DNA of 64,000 nucleotides from Azolla caroliniana. Its lineage: Eukaryota > Plantae > Polypodiophyta. A program made the translations under genes and the position numbers. Position 1 is the stretch's first letter. Every line of letters starts with the position of its first letter. The DNA is taken from assembly GCA_043228905.1 (NCBI GenBank), contig JBHGNT010000001.1:20336001-20400000 (forward strand). The letters run 5' to 3'. Positions 33,901-46,195 of this stretch are shown here, in pieces. The notes under the pieces were generated by a model that saw only the letters and a program-made list of their open reading frames with translations, did not search any database and was not told the DNA's origin.

Positions 33901-36690
33901 CTCTAGCTGGGATGCCTTCACTCTCTGGGATATTGTCATTTCTCTCTCCAATGACTCTTGTGCCTGGCGTAGTTCCCGGATCACTGCTTGATCCGGTTCG
34001 TCCGGTTCCGGCATCGTGATATATGGTTCTACCGTTGCCGTGATGTCGACCTCAAATAGCGGTACAATCCTTGGGTGTTCCTCCATGTAGCGATCGATCT
34101 CTTCATCTGGTAACCCCTCCAACATATTAATACTTTCTGCATATAATGGGGTTGCTTCTTTGCTGGCGATTGCTCGTGGTTGCGTAGCCACACGTACCTT
34201 CGTCTTCCCACGCCGGAATGTGATAATGTTCTTTTGCCAGTTTTATTTGATATATGTCGTTCGTAGCCATGGCCGTCCCAGCAGCAGAGGATAAGCTCCT
34301 TGCACGTTCGGCTGCAGCAATACGTGGCCTCCGATTGTGATGTCCAGGTCCCGGATAAGCCCGGTCGGTCGGACTGAGCTGGTATCTGCCATGCGTAACC
34401 AGAAAGGACACGGCTCCCATTCCCGGATGCCCAGGTTATCGCGTATTTGCCGGCTGATGACGTTTACTCCTAATCCTCCGTCAATGATAGTTCCATCGAT
34501 TTCCTTTCCCTTCACAATTGCTGTGATTGTCGGGCTGCTTGTGTCTACCACGGTCGGTCCTGGTGTCAGCTTTGGTTTGATGACGGTCGCATGTAGATCT
34601 ACCATGAATCGTGGTACCAACTGAAGCAGTCGTCCTATTGGCAACACGATCTGACACTCCTGGAGTGCTTGCCACGTCGGGTTGTCCTCCGGTTGTGTGA
34701 TTCCTTCCTCCCTTTTGCGTGTTCTGGTCTCTTATCTCCGCCACATTTTGTTCGTTGGCCTTTTTAATCCATTGCACTGCTTGCTTCCTAATTGCCTCCT
34801 GGGCTTCCCATTCAGCAGCTTTCCCTTTTGACCGAGTCGTGACTTGCTGAACGTCGGTCACTTCGGCAATAACCATATTTACTGCCGGCTGTTTTTCGTT
34901 CGTCTTGATTGGGCATTGATTACTGTAGTGCCTCTCTTTCCGGCAGTAGTAACAATACACTTTGTGGTTATTACTTGATTCTCCTTTGACTCCGGTTTGG
35001 GATGTGGGTATTACCCGACGGTTGTCTTCGGTTTCCCGGTTATCCGGTGCCGATGCTAGGTTTCTATTTCTTGCTGCTTCCCGACGTTCTTCCCTACGGA
35101 AAAATCCTCGCTTTTGATTCCGTCGGAAGTTTTGGTTCCCTTGTCGTCTGTCGTCTCTGCGTCGGTCATATTCCGGGGAGTCATCTCACTCGTACCGGTC
35201 CCTTTGGTAGTCATCTCTGTGTTTTTCGTTGCGGTCATAGTCGTCACGTCTTCGATCAGTATATCTATCGTCGCGCTCGCGTTGGTCGCGGTCGTCTCTC
35301 CGGAATCGGTCTTCGTTCGGGTCCTGATTGTTTCGTGGTTCTATGTGTCGGACCGGTGCAGCCTGTCGGTTTAGCAAGTTGTACTCGCAACGTTCCGTTG
35401 TATGTGCCCGAGAGTGGCAAATCATACACTATGTGCGCATGGTGCAGTCGACCATTGAGTGGCCCGAATTGAGACATGTCGTGCATTGCAGAGCCTGTCG
35501 GAACCTCAAATCCTCTTCCTTTGGAAGTGCCCGATGTAACATCCCCAATGACATGAATGAGCTGCTTTTGTCCATCTCTAGAACTCGATCAATGACTTGG
35601 TCCACTGTCCTGGTACGGAAGTCGAGGACTCTGCACATTGTTCTCAATGGTTCCCTTAATGCAGCCAAAAATACTTCTTTAGCTTCGTCCTCGGGAGGTG
35701 CACTTGTCAACTGGCTGTGCAAGGTCTAGAACCGGATTATAAATTGCGGCACGGTTTCGTGCTCCTCCTTCTGGGTGGTATAAAATTGCCCGACCAATTC
35801 CCTTTGTTTGACTTGTCTATGGAACAACCGAGGGAATTTTGCCTTCAGGGCATTGAAAGTGGCAAAAGCTGCATGGTAAATGCTTTGCATGCCAATGAGC
35901 GGCCGGTCCTTCTAGTGTCATGCCGAATTCGGCGACTTTGGACCGTTCGGCCTCCGGTTCTGTTAATCTTTGAGAAACATGATTGGCTTCCCATGTCTGG
36001 AGGAATGCGTAGACATGAGCCTCCGCGTCAGGATCGTCCTAATACTTTGGGTACGGATACGGCATAGTGTCGTCCAAATGAATCTCCTACTTTCTCCGCT
36101 CTTTCTCCGCGGTTAGTGTCGGTATCCGATCCTTTGATTCCTCCGCGGGTGTTGTCGGTGTCCGATCCTTTGATTTCTCCATGGGTGGTGTCGGTGTCCG
36201 ATCCTTTGATTCCTCCGTGGGTGGTGTCGGTATCCTGTCAACCTCTCTTGGCAATTGCCGGTCACCGAACTCCAAGGTTATTTCTTCCGTTGGCTCTAGT
36301 GTCGATGAGTCGTCCAACTCGTCTTCCACCGGATCGTTCGGTGTGTCGTGGCTGCTTTTATATCGGGACACAATGCTCTCGTTGTTATCCGAATCCGACT
36401 CTAGGGTTGCAAATGCTTCTGCGTCTCCATCGCCACCGGCAAGTGTCTGTAGTATTGATTTCGTCGCCTGCAGACTTGTTAGGCTACTGCCTTCGTTAGA
36501 GAATTGCAGACTCCGGAACTGCAGTGCTTCTTCTGCGACTCTCCGAAGAGTTCTGGAAAATGATCGATCCTGCCGGATTTCGTTAGCGGCTTGCTGCAAG
36601 GCTTCCCGTTGTTGCTGTCGTTCGGCGTATCGTCTCCCTCATTAGGTGATGTGGTTGCCGGTCTGTCTAGACATCCATCCCCCGGTTGTT
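30986..36690 (-). pseudogene. pol: D gag-pol, decayed
   Basis: Gag with three Cys/His knuckles, protease IIDGG, RT VDYQKLN / FLDD, RNase H VDASD...NYSTTEREAL, integrase TPYYPQANG, WTGPF. Confidence 0.95.
36117..36235 (-). repeat. 36-bp tandem repeat (3+ copies) in D gag encoding PTPPTEESKDRT
   Basis: TGTCGGT(A/G)TCC recurs at 36117, 36153, 36189, 36225. Confidence 0.85.
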
Positions 36691-36726
36691 CTCTGCACTC
36701 TGCAAGAATCGTTGTCACCAAAATAG

Positions 36727-37115
36727 TGTTGTCTTGCTGGCCGGACTAGCCCCAACACAGGTGTCCTTCCGACACTTCTCCAAAGGGGTGGTAAGGTTAG
36801 GATGTTAGAACACACGCGTAAGATAATTATTATTAGCACAGACGGTAAGGAAATATAGACAAAGATAAGCACGCAATGGATAAACTTGTATTACTTCCGT
36901 AAAGAACATTACAATTCATCAGATCCTTTTATAGGCATCCGACAAGGTTACAAAACGGTGCGCTTAGGCAACCGACATCTGAATCGGTCCAGATCTGGAT
37001 CGGTACAACTGTATCGGATCCGTCCCTCCAAATAATAATTCTACTAATAATTACTTTATATTTCTATATCCGATTCCGGCTTCCCACTTGTCCTTCCGCC
37101 TTTGCCAGGCCTACA
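36727..37115 (-). repeat. 5' LTR of D
   Basis: Direct repeat of 16016-16393; adjacent PBS. Confidence 0.93.
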
Positions 37116-37120
37116 GTTGC

Positions 37121-40100
37121 TCGTAGAGGAAAACCACGTAGGTGCGTGGACGACTGCGCACGCCGATGGCAAGATACTCTACACGGAGGATGATAGGCCC
37201 CGTGGTCGTGGTGGATGAGGCGGATCGGCTCGTAATGGTGGCGGCCGAAAGGAGCAAAATGGATGGCATAATCGAGATGCCGGAAGCAATTCCGAACCCT
37301 TCGGAAGCAGGGGGAGTCATGGCGGCTTCGGAAGAAGCGCGCCGATTCGAACAGATCCGGATCCGGCAAGGCCGGCAGAGAGAATCGGCAATACTCGCAC
37401 TACACAGAAGGATCGGGAGGATCCAAAACTGGAAAGGCCGGTAAAGGGCGAGCCTTGGTGATGAAACACGAGGCTAACTCGATGGAGATGACCACTTACA
37501 AATTGGAGGACGTGTGGTACGTTGACTCTGGTGCGTCTAAACACATGACGAGCCACAAAGAGTGTTTCTCTTTCTTGGAGAAACCGGAACAACTGGGAGT
37601 TGTCGAAACCGGCGACGACATTCCTCACCCAATCGTGCATGTCAGAGAAGTCCCTTTGAGCCACGTCGGATAGAGGGGGAAGCTAATGAACGTATTACAC
37701 GTTCCGACTATCACGAAGAACCTGGTGTCAGTTAGACAGATTGTCGACCAAGGGATGTAGGTGCGGTTTACGCACCTCAGGTGCTTCATCAAGGAAGAGA
37801 GCCAAATCATTGCGCAAGGGTGCGGAGACGGGAGGATGTTTATCCTCGACACCAATGACGTCGGCACCGCTTTGTTGACCAAAGGATAGAAGATTGAATC
37901 AGATATTAATCTTTGGCACAACCGAATCGGCCACGTCAATTACCATAGGCTTCAAGACTTGCAAACGAAACAAGTTGTTTTCGGTTTGCCGAAGTTCAGT
38001 GGCCGGAAGGTCCAAGTATGTGAAGCCTGCCAACTCGGGAAACAACACCAGCTTCCATTACCCATCAAACGAAACCGGAGCGATAACAAGCTTGACCTTA
38101 TTCATTCTGACGTATGGGGACTGGCACCGAACATTAGTCATGGCGGGAGTCAATACTTCGTCTCCTTCATTGAGCGGAAGAGCAAAGTCTTTGAGTGTTT
38201 CTAGAACCTGCAGAGCCTGGTTGAACGGGAAACAGAGAGGAAGATCAAGTGCCTCCGGTCGAATGGCAGAAAGGAATATTTTTCCGGTCAATTCAACACT
38301 TATCTGCAGCAAGAAGGAATTCGGAGAGAGTTCAGTTGCAGATACACACCGGAGGAGAAAGGCATACCCAAATTCTACTGGGGTGATGTGGTTGGGACGG
38401 CCGTCTACATCCAAAACCAGATCGGTGACAAGGTGTCAACACACGAACTATATTTTGGGCGCAAGCCCAATTTGCGACACCTTTGGATTTTCGATAGCAT
38501 TGCATATGTGCATGTGCCGGATGAGAAGCGGAGGAAGTTGGATGCAAAGTCGGAGAAATGCATCCTGTTGGGTTACTCGCATGAGAAAAAGGGTTATAAG
38601 TGTTCTAACCCCCGTACGAAGTAGACCTGAGTTAGCTGGGATGTTGATTTTGATGAGACAGCATCATGGTATGCCTTACCGGCTCCGATACCAGAGGATG
38701 AAGCTAGTGAGCCAGAACCGGTCCAGTTAGAAGACGAAGGGTTCGAGACTCTACATGTGAGTCCGGAATCCTTTCGGGTGAGTGGGCGAACATAGGGCCG
38801 AGTCGGGATGACCAGTCGGATGAGCAACCAGCAAGTAGTGGAGACTCTGTCGTGCTCTCCCCGCGCAAGTAACCGAGGATCGGAATACCAAACTGGCAAT
38901 GTTGAGTCGGATCGGAGCGAATCTGACTCCGGTAAGGAAGAAGGCGGATCTTCGGGAACGAAGTCCGAACCGGCCAGGAAGGTCCTCAAACTGGGTAACG
39001 ATAGATTATGCCGGTCTTCCCGCCAGAAGAACCCCGTGAACTGGTACGGGTACAATGAGTACATGGCGGCGCATCACTATGCGTACATGACCAAGGTGGT
39101 GGAAGTGCGTGAGTTGGAGAGCTACTCAGAAGCGGCAAAGGACGCAAATTGGCGTGCCGCTATGGAGGAAGAAATGTGGGCACCTGATGCCAACGATAGA
39201 TGGGACCTACTTGGCCCTCCCCGACACTATAAACCGATCGGATGTAAGTGGGTATACAAGGTAAAGTACAATGCCGACGGTTCGGTTAATGGGTACAAGG
39301 CCTAGTTAGTGGTGAAGGGATACGCGTAGACCCAGAGAATCTACTACGATGAGACTTTCGCTCCAGTAGAAGATGACGACTGTTCGTTTGGTGTTGGCGG
39401 TTGTTGCGGCAAGGGGGTGGCATCTTAACCAGATGGACGTGAAGAATGCATTTCTTCAAGGAGATTTTGAAGAAGAGGTCTTTCTGGCCCAGCCCCCCCA
39501 GTTTCCTGTCGGAGATGAACAAGTCGGCGGTATGCTGGCGAAAGAAGTCACTTTATGGCCTGAAGCAAGCCCCCCGAGCTTGGAATGGGAAGATCACGCA
39601 CCGGTTGCGTAAGATGGGGTTTTCGGCCTCCTAGTCCGACTCTTCGTTGTTCATTCGGCAAGGTCCAGATGTTTCGGTTTGCATCTTGCTGTATGTTGAT
39701 GATCTAGTCATCACCGGATCCAGACTCGATGAAATCAGCCGAGTCAAGTCTCAACTGTCGCATGCATTTGAGATGAAGGACCTAGGGGACCTTCACTATT
39801 TCCTTGGGATCAAGGTGATCCAAACCCCCGACGGGATATTGTTCTCACAAAGATATTATGTGTTGAATATGTTGTACAAGTTCGGCATTATGGAATCCAC
39901 TCCCCTAGACCGAAACCAGAAGCTTTGTCCCGACTTCGGACCGGCCTGCGATGAGAAGTGGTTCCGACAAATCGTCGGAAGCCTTATATATTTGACAATC
40001 ACTCGACCCGACATCAGTTATCCGGTAGGCGTAATCAACCAATATCTACAGAACGCCGACCGTGGAGCACCTTGTGTGCACGCATCGAATTTTGCGATAT

Positions 40101-40934
40101 GTGAGCAGCACGAAGAACCGGGGACTGTTATACTGGCGTGGTATAACCGAAGAGCTAGTCGGCTACACCGATGCTGACATGGCCGGGGATGCATCGGATC
40201 GCCGATCCACCTCTGGCTATATGTTTTCCTTTGGTAGCGCGGTTGTTGCGTGGAGCAGCAAAAAGCAGCCAACAATGGCCCTTTCGAGCACTGAGGCTGA
40301 ATACCGGGGCGCTACTATTGCCACTTGTGAAGCCCTTTGGCTTTGACGAATGCTGCAAGACTTGGGGGTCGAGGTGCCGACCCTGGTCCTGATCTACTGC
40401 GAGAATATCAGTAGCATGCAGCTCACCAGGAACCCCGTATTCCATGCTCGCACAAAACACATAGAAATGCACGACCACTTCGTGTGTGAGCGTGTCCTGA
40501 GCGGTGAAGTCGAGCTTCGGTATGTTCATACTGATCGGCAAGTTGCCGACATCTTCACCAAAATGCTCGGATCGGACAAGTTGCAGCACCTCACCAAAAT
40601 GCTTGGTGTTCAGCATCTCGACATGCCACACTTGAGGGGGAGAATGAGCAAAGGCATAGAAGTTGCCAATTGCGCCAGTGAGGGAAGAACCGACAGAGGG
40701 AGAGACAAGAAGAAGAAAGGAGCCGAGTCGACAAAGGAAGTTGAAAAATCCGAACAAATTGGAACAAGTGGCAACGGTGGCAGAGTCGAGAAGGACAGAG
40801 CCGACCAGAAGAAGATGGCCAAGACCCAGACATGGTCTGATGTGGTGAAGGGCCTGGAACCGGAAGACGAATTGGGAGTGACCGATTTAGACAAGAGCTG
40901 GAACGAATTGGAGACAACCGACTCGGTTCAATAG
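37121..40934 (+). pseudogene. pol: Copia-C gag end and pol (PR, INT, RT, RNase H, charged tail), with deletions
   Basis: WYVDSGAS, CEACQLGKQ, YVDDL (ORF 39647-40177), ADIFTK (ORF 40350-40934). Confidence 0.94.
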
Positions 40935-41235
40935 ACGGATTCGGAAGAACCTGATCAATTCAAGGAATCGGGGAAAGTCAACACCAACACGAAGGAATCG
41001 GCGAATCGGCAAGCTCCAAAGTCACAACAGCGAGGGAGCTAGATTGGTCCTATTGAGCAGACAAGCCGACCGAGGAGGTTGAGATGCGTAGAATCAAAAG
41101 GGTCGCGACAAACGGGACTGGACTAGACTAGGAGCGTGAGCGAGGCGGAGTGACGCCATAAGGAGTTGGCTGGAAGGACCGGCTACCATGAAAACTGACA
41201 CTAAGATCCGACCTCAAGTTGAGCTTGAGGGGGAG

Positions 41236-41733
41236 TGTTGAGCGGCAAGTTAAACCGGATCTGGATTGGCTGAATAAGCCTGAGCCGGATTAGTATCCTG
41301 AAGGATTAGCCGGATCGGTGAGCCGGTGAGCAAGCAAGCCAGTGAGCTGGGGAACTGGTTAGCTAGTGAGCAAGCAAGCCAGTGAGTTGGGGAACCGGTT
41401 AGCTGGATCCAACAGTAACCGGAAGCCTAGTAGCAGCCTAGACTACTAGGTAGTTAATGTCTCGTAGTTAGTGCCAAACACTCATGTGAGTATTGAAGTA
41501 CACCGTAGTTCTGTTAGTCCTCTTAGGACTTGTATAAATAGTGCGGTTGAGCACGTTGTATGTATAGAGTATTTTTACAGAGTAACATTTTTTTGAAATA
41601 GAACGGAGTTGTCTGCTCTCTCTCTATTTGTCTCTCCCTCTCCCTCTCCCTCTCCATCTCTGTGTTTTCTGCTGCTTCCAGAACTGTGCACTCTGTGTTT
41701 CGCATACGCTTCCGCACATGCTATTCTTTTACA
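41236..41733 (+). repeat. 3' LTR of Copia-C (498 bp; internal ~40-bp tandem duplication)
   Basis: TG..CA; GTGAGCAAGCAAGCCAGTGAG occurs twice. Confidence 0.9.
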
Positions 41734-42760
41734 CTTTCCTCGCTCCTCCGGAAGCTGAACCTCTCTATGGCAGAGTTTGGCTCGTTATTAACGTAGGATT
41801 ACTTGTAAGTTGTGTTGGGTCTGCAGCTTAGCCGGAAGCTATTATAGCACTTCGTGGCACCTTAAAATTGGAGCCGGAATAACATCGTGAAGTTGCTGCT
41901 TCTGCGTAATTTGGGTCAGACCTCGATCCCGCTATTTAGTAGCTCATACATGAGAGTGACATGGTCATCATGCATCACAGGCGATGCATGAGCACCAAAT
42001 GGCAATCATGCATTGTATGCATGTCTTACACCCTCACATGCATCATATGCATGGGGGCATCTATATAAGAAAGAAAGGAAGGGATAAGGGGGGGTGATCA
42101 AGCTATGTATTAAATCAAGATATTAATCAGGAAAAACCCTAGTTATCTTATTGGTGATGTGTTTTGTTTATCGAAATTGAAGTCAAGGGTTCAAACCTGC
42201 AATTGGAATTTCCGTCTGACTATCTATCTATCTTAAACACTTCCTCAATTTCCGTTTCTCTCACTCTCACTCACTCACTCACTCTCTCTCTCTCTCTCTC
42301 TCAACCACATTAGAGTGTCACTTCAGCTACTACAATTTCATTTCTTCTGGTCATTCGCTCTCTCTCAGAAATTCCTGTCAAGAAGGAACCATCACGCGCA
42401 AAGACCATTTCACCGTCGTTGCCACCCGCTAAAATGTTGCGCACCACCACATCACCACCGCCTACACGTCAATCCACCACACCACACCACTGAGTCTAGG
42501 TCGAGTGCATCTTCGACAACAAAGAATGACCCAATAATAAACCTAAAAGGCCGATTCCTTACAAGAACAAGTCACGCAACTCGTCCTCCATGGTCAAAGA
42601 CCCCGGTGGTCTTGTTCGACCGACCTGCAGGTGGGGAAATCCCATCATCTCCTCCATAACCACAAGTGGATAGAGGCCCGGGACTTGTCCGCACCTGTGT
42701 GACACGCACCTCACAACTTATCGCATGTGTGACATGCGCCATGTGCCACGCGACATCGTA
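41734..42760. other. Unassigned non-coding segment, possibly an LTR/UTR fragment of another element
   Basis: ATGCAT-rich tract, CTATATAAG ~42061, A/B-box-like motif 42144-42198, CT/CACT microsatellite; layout resembles the G LTR; no termini found. Confidence 0.4.
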
Positions 42761-45700
42761 GGCGAGAGAGACAGAGAGAGCAGAACACCGAAAACTCTAT
42801 TACAAAAAAATACTCTAAAACTCTGTACATAGGATGTGCTCAAAGAGCAGTTTTATACAAGTCCATGTACATACTGACACGTACTTCAATGCTCATCAAT
42901 GAGCATCTACACTAACACCCAAAATATATTCCTCTGCTGAATATCTATCCTACGGCTTCCCAGTTTACGCACCGCTATGGCCTCTCGTTGCGCACCTGGT
43001 TTATGCACCCAATGTTGAGCTTGTATCTCAACACTCCCTCTCAAGCTGAACTTGAGGTTCTGCCTGCTCTTCCGGATCTTTGCTTTGGTTTCTCTTGTCT
43101 TCACGCCTCGCTCGCGCTCGTCGACCCATTCAATTCCGCCAGCCTCGAGCCTTTTGATCAGCTTGTCTACTCGTGCGGCCTTTCTCAACTCCCTTGCTAT
43201 CGTGGTGTTGGCGCTTCTTCCAATGTCCTTTCCTCCGCTTGGCCTTCCGTTGATTCGGCGTCTCCGAATCGAACATTCGAACCGAATTGGCTGTCTTCGA
43301 TTTATTTCCGTTCTTGCCAGAATTGGTTGTCTCCAATTCGTCTTCTGTCTTCAAGCCCTTAACCACATTAGACCATGTCTTGGTCTTGGCCTTCTTGGCC
43401 TTCTTGGTTTCACCCTTTCCTGATCTTGTCTCCCCCTCAAGTTTGACACGTCAAGGTGCCGTAAACAAAGCGCACCTGAGAATTATCGCAACTTGTCGAG
43501 ACCAAGGGGCTTGGTGAAGATGTTGGCAGTCTGCCGATCCATCGGAACATACGCTAGTTCAACTTCACCAGATAGGACACGCTCACAGACAAAATGGTAG
43601 TGCACCTCAATGTCATTGGTCTGGGTGTGGAAGACAGGGTTTTTTGCAAGTTGGATGTTGTTGAGGTTGTCGCAGTAGATCGTTGTCGGAGAGGACACCT
43701 CCACCTGCAGATCCTTGAATAGCTTCTTGAGCCAAATGGCTTTGCATGTCACGATAGCCGCTCCTTGATAATCAGCCTCCGTCCTCGACAATGCAACTGT
43801 CGGCTCCTTCTTGCTGCTCCAGGCGATCGTGGCGCTCCCAAGTGAGAAGGTGAACCCAGATGTGGATGTACGATCACCTGCATTTCCGGCCCAATCGGAA
43901 TCCAAGTAGTCGACGAGATGTTCCGCAATGCCGCTCCTTGGTAATTAGCCTCTATCGTCGACAATGCAACTGTCAGTTCCTTCTTGTTGCTCTAGGCGAT
44001 CACGGCGCTCCCAAGCGAGAAGGTGAACCTAGAAATGGATATACGATCGCCGGCATTTCCGGTCCAATCAGAATCCGAGTAGCCGACGAGATGTTCCGCA
44101 ATACCGATCCGATATAACAACGCTCTATCCTTAGTGTTGTGGACATAGTGCAATATCCTTTGCGTGCACTGAAGGTGTTCGACCATGGGCTGTGACATAA
44201 ATTGACTGGTCAGGCCGACCGGGTAACTGAGATCCGGCCGAGTGATCTTCAAATAAACTAGGCTTCTGACAATTTGTCGGAACCGTGTTGGGTCGTGCGC
44301 CTTTCCTGAATCTTGGCGAAGCTTGATGTTTCTTTCTAGAGGAGTTGAGATGGACTTACAGTCGGCCATCCCGAACTTGAAGAGCATACTCAACACGTAA
44401 TGTCGTTGGCTGATCAATATGCCTTCGGAGGTGCGGATCACTTCGATCTCTAGGAAGTAATGACGGTCCCCTAGGTCCTTCATGTCGAATGATGCCGCGA
44501 GCTAGGACTTTACGCGACCGATTTCTTCTAGGCCGGCACCGGCAATGACTAAATCATCAACATAAAGTAAAATACTAACCGGTCCACATCGACCTTGCCA
44601 GACGAACAATGAAGAGTCCGATTTGGACGTCGCAAACCCCATCCGATGCAGGCGCGACGTGATCTTCGTGTTCCACACGCATGGGGCTTATTTTAGTCCG
44701 TAAGGGGACTTCTTTAGTCGGAATAGCACGTACAGACTGAAAGGGGGGGGGGTTGTACCATGTACACTTGTTCCTCAAGTTCTCCTTGCAAGAACGCATT
44801 CTTTACATCTATTTGATGTAAATGCCACCCCTTTACAGCAGCTACTGCAAGTAGGACATAGACAATTGTCATCTTCGCGACAAGCACAAAGGTCTCATCG
44901 TAGTTGATGTCGTGTGTTGTGCGTATCCCTTCACCACTAACCAGGTCTTGTAGCGATTGACATAACCGTCAGTGTTGTACTTGACCTTGTACACCTCCTT
45001 GCATCCAATCGGCTTTACACACTTCAGGGCATCAACCAGGTCCCAGGTTTCATTTTCCACAAATGTGTATATCTCTTCCTCCATTGGGGGACGCCAAGTT
45101 GCATCCTTCATCGCTTTTGCATAGGTCTCCGGGTCACGCGTAATGATGCGCCATGTACTCGTTGTATCCGAACTGCACCACAGGGTTCTTCTGGCGGGTG
45201 GATCAACGTAATTTCTCATTAGCAGATTTAGAGGCCCTCTTGGCCGATGCGAACTTCGTTTCCGAAGGTCTGTCTTTGTTCTTCTCAAAGTCCGATTTGC
45301 TTCGATCTGACTTGTCTCTATTAGTGTTGTACTCCGACATCTTCTTCTTTCCGTTCTCTTTGAGTGTAAACCGTCTCCTCGGCTTCCTAAGCGGGGATTG
45401 CATGACCAAGTCTCCACTACTTGCCGGCTCTACGTCTGATTGGTCATGCCAACTCAGTCGCTCATTCGACCCACTTAGCCTATATGAGATCAGACTCTCT
45501 TCAGGGGTTCCAATGTATCCTTCGTCCCGAGGCATTTCAGCCTCACTGACCTCTTCGTTAGAGATCAGAATGGAGTTGTTAGGGGTTGGAGCTCAAGCCA
45601 AGTACCATAACGCGGACTCGTCGAACACAACATCATGACTTACGTGAGCTTGTTTGGTTCGTGGGTTATACCACTTATAACCCTTCTATTCGTCTAAGTA

Positions 45701-45847
45701 GCCAATCAAGATACACTTCTCGGTTTGGGCATCCAACTTCCTCCGTTTCTCCTTCGGCACATGCACATACATGATGCTACCGAAAACCCTCAAGTGTGCC
45801 AAGTTCGGCTTCTTCTTGAAGTACAACTCATGTGGCGACACTCCTCC
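42761..45847 (-). mobile_element. Copia-I remnant (integrase end, RT, RNase H, truncated 3' LTR ~42761-43033)
   Basis: Minus-strand ORFs 43483-43905, 43992-44483, 44869-45417; PPT 43034-43045; LTR start TGTTGAGATACAAGCTCAACA. Confidence 0.9.
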
Positions 45848-46195
45848 TATTAGAGATATGTACTAATGTAAGAAAATGATAAGGATAAATGGTAGATCTA
45901 GATAGAGCGGAAAGAGAGAAAGAAGGGTGTTGATTCACCCGACCACCCTCGAGCGAAGGGATAGGGATGAACTCGAGCCTCGATCGGCGTCCCATACCAC
46001 CAGCTTGGCATCAGGTTGTACCTGGTGCTGGCACGCTCGCTACAAGAGTTGACCCACCACAAGAACAGAGTCTCGACGTAGTCAAAAGATGATGAAATGA
46101 GGGTAGCTAGGCCTCTTATTTATAGCGATACCCAAGGATTAAAAGTAATCCTCCCCTTCTTTACACTCTCGTTTAACCCTCACACTTATCCACGT
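45848..46195 (-). repeat. 3' LTR of H, part 1 (part 2 at 52105-52162)
   Basis: Aligns with 57224-57593 apart from a ~46-bp microhomology deletion. Confidence 0.88.

Larger units (their letters stand above)
16016..37115 (-). mobile_element. Athila-like Gypsy 'D', full length, with third ORF; interrupted by element E
   Basis: LTRs 36727-37115 (5') and 16016-16393 (3'); TSD GTTGT (16011-16015) / GTTGC (37116-37120); PBS-like TGGTGACAACGA after a 6-nt spacer; gag-PR-RT-RH-INT order, no chromodomain or archaeal RNase H seen; no clean purine tract before the 3' LTR. Confidence 0.93.
15025..41733 (+). mobile_element. Copia-C, split in gag by element D (16016-37115)
   Basis: 5' LTR 15025-15354, PBS TGGTATTAGAGT 15355-15366, gag from 15466 to FELQSML, resuming LVEENH at 37120; pol to ~40934; PPT 41227-41235; 3' LTR 41236-41733. 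Flanks CGGTA / CTTTC do not match. Confidence 0.9.

Noticed and set aside
42315-42659. 114-aa His/Pro-rich ORF as a host gene
   Set aside because: Non-ATG start, low complexity, no recognisable domain or exon context.
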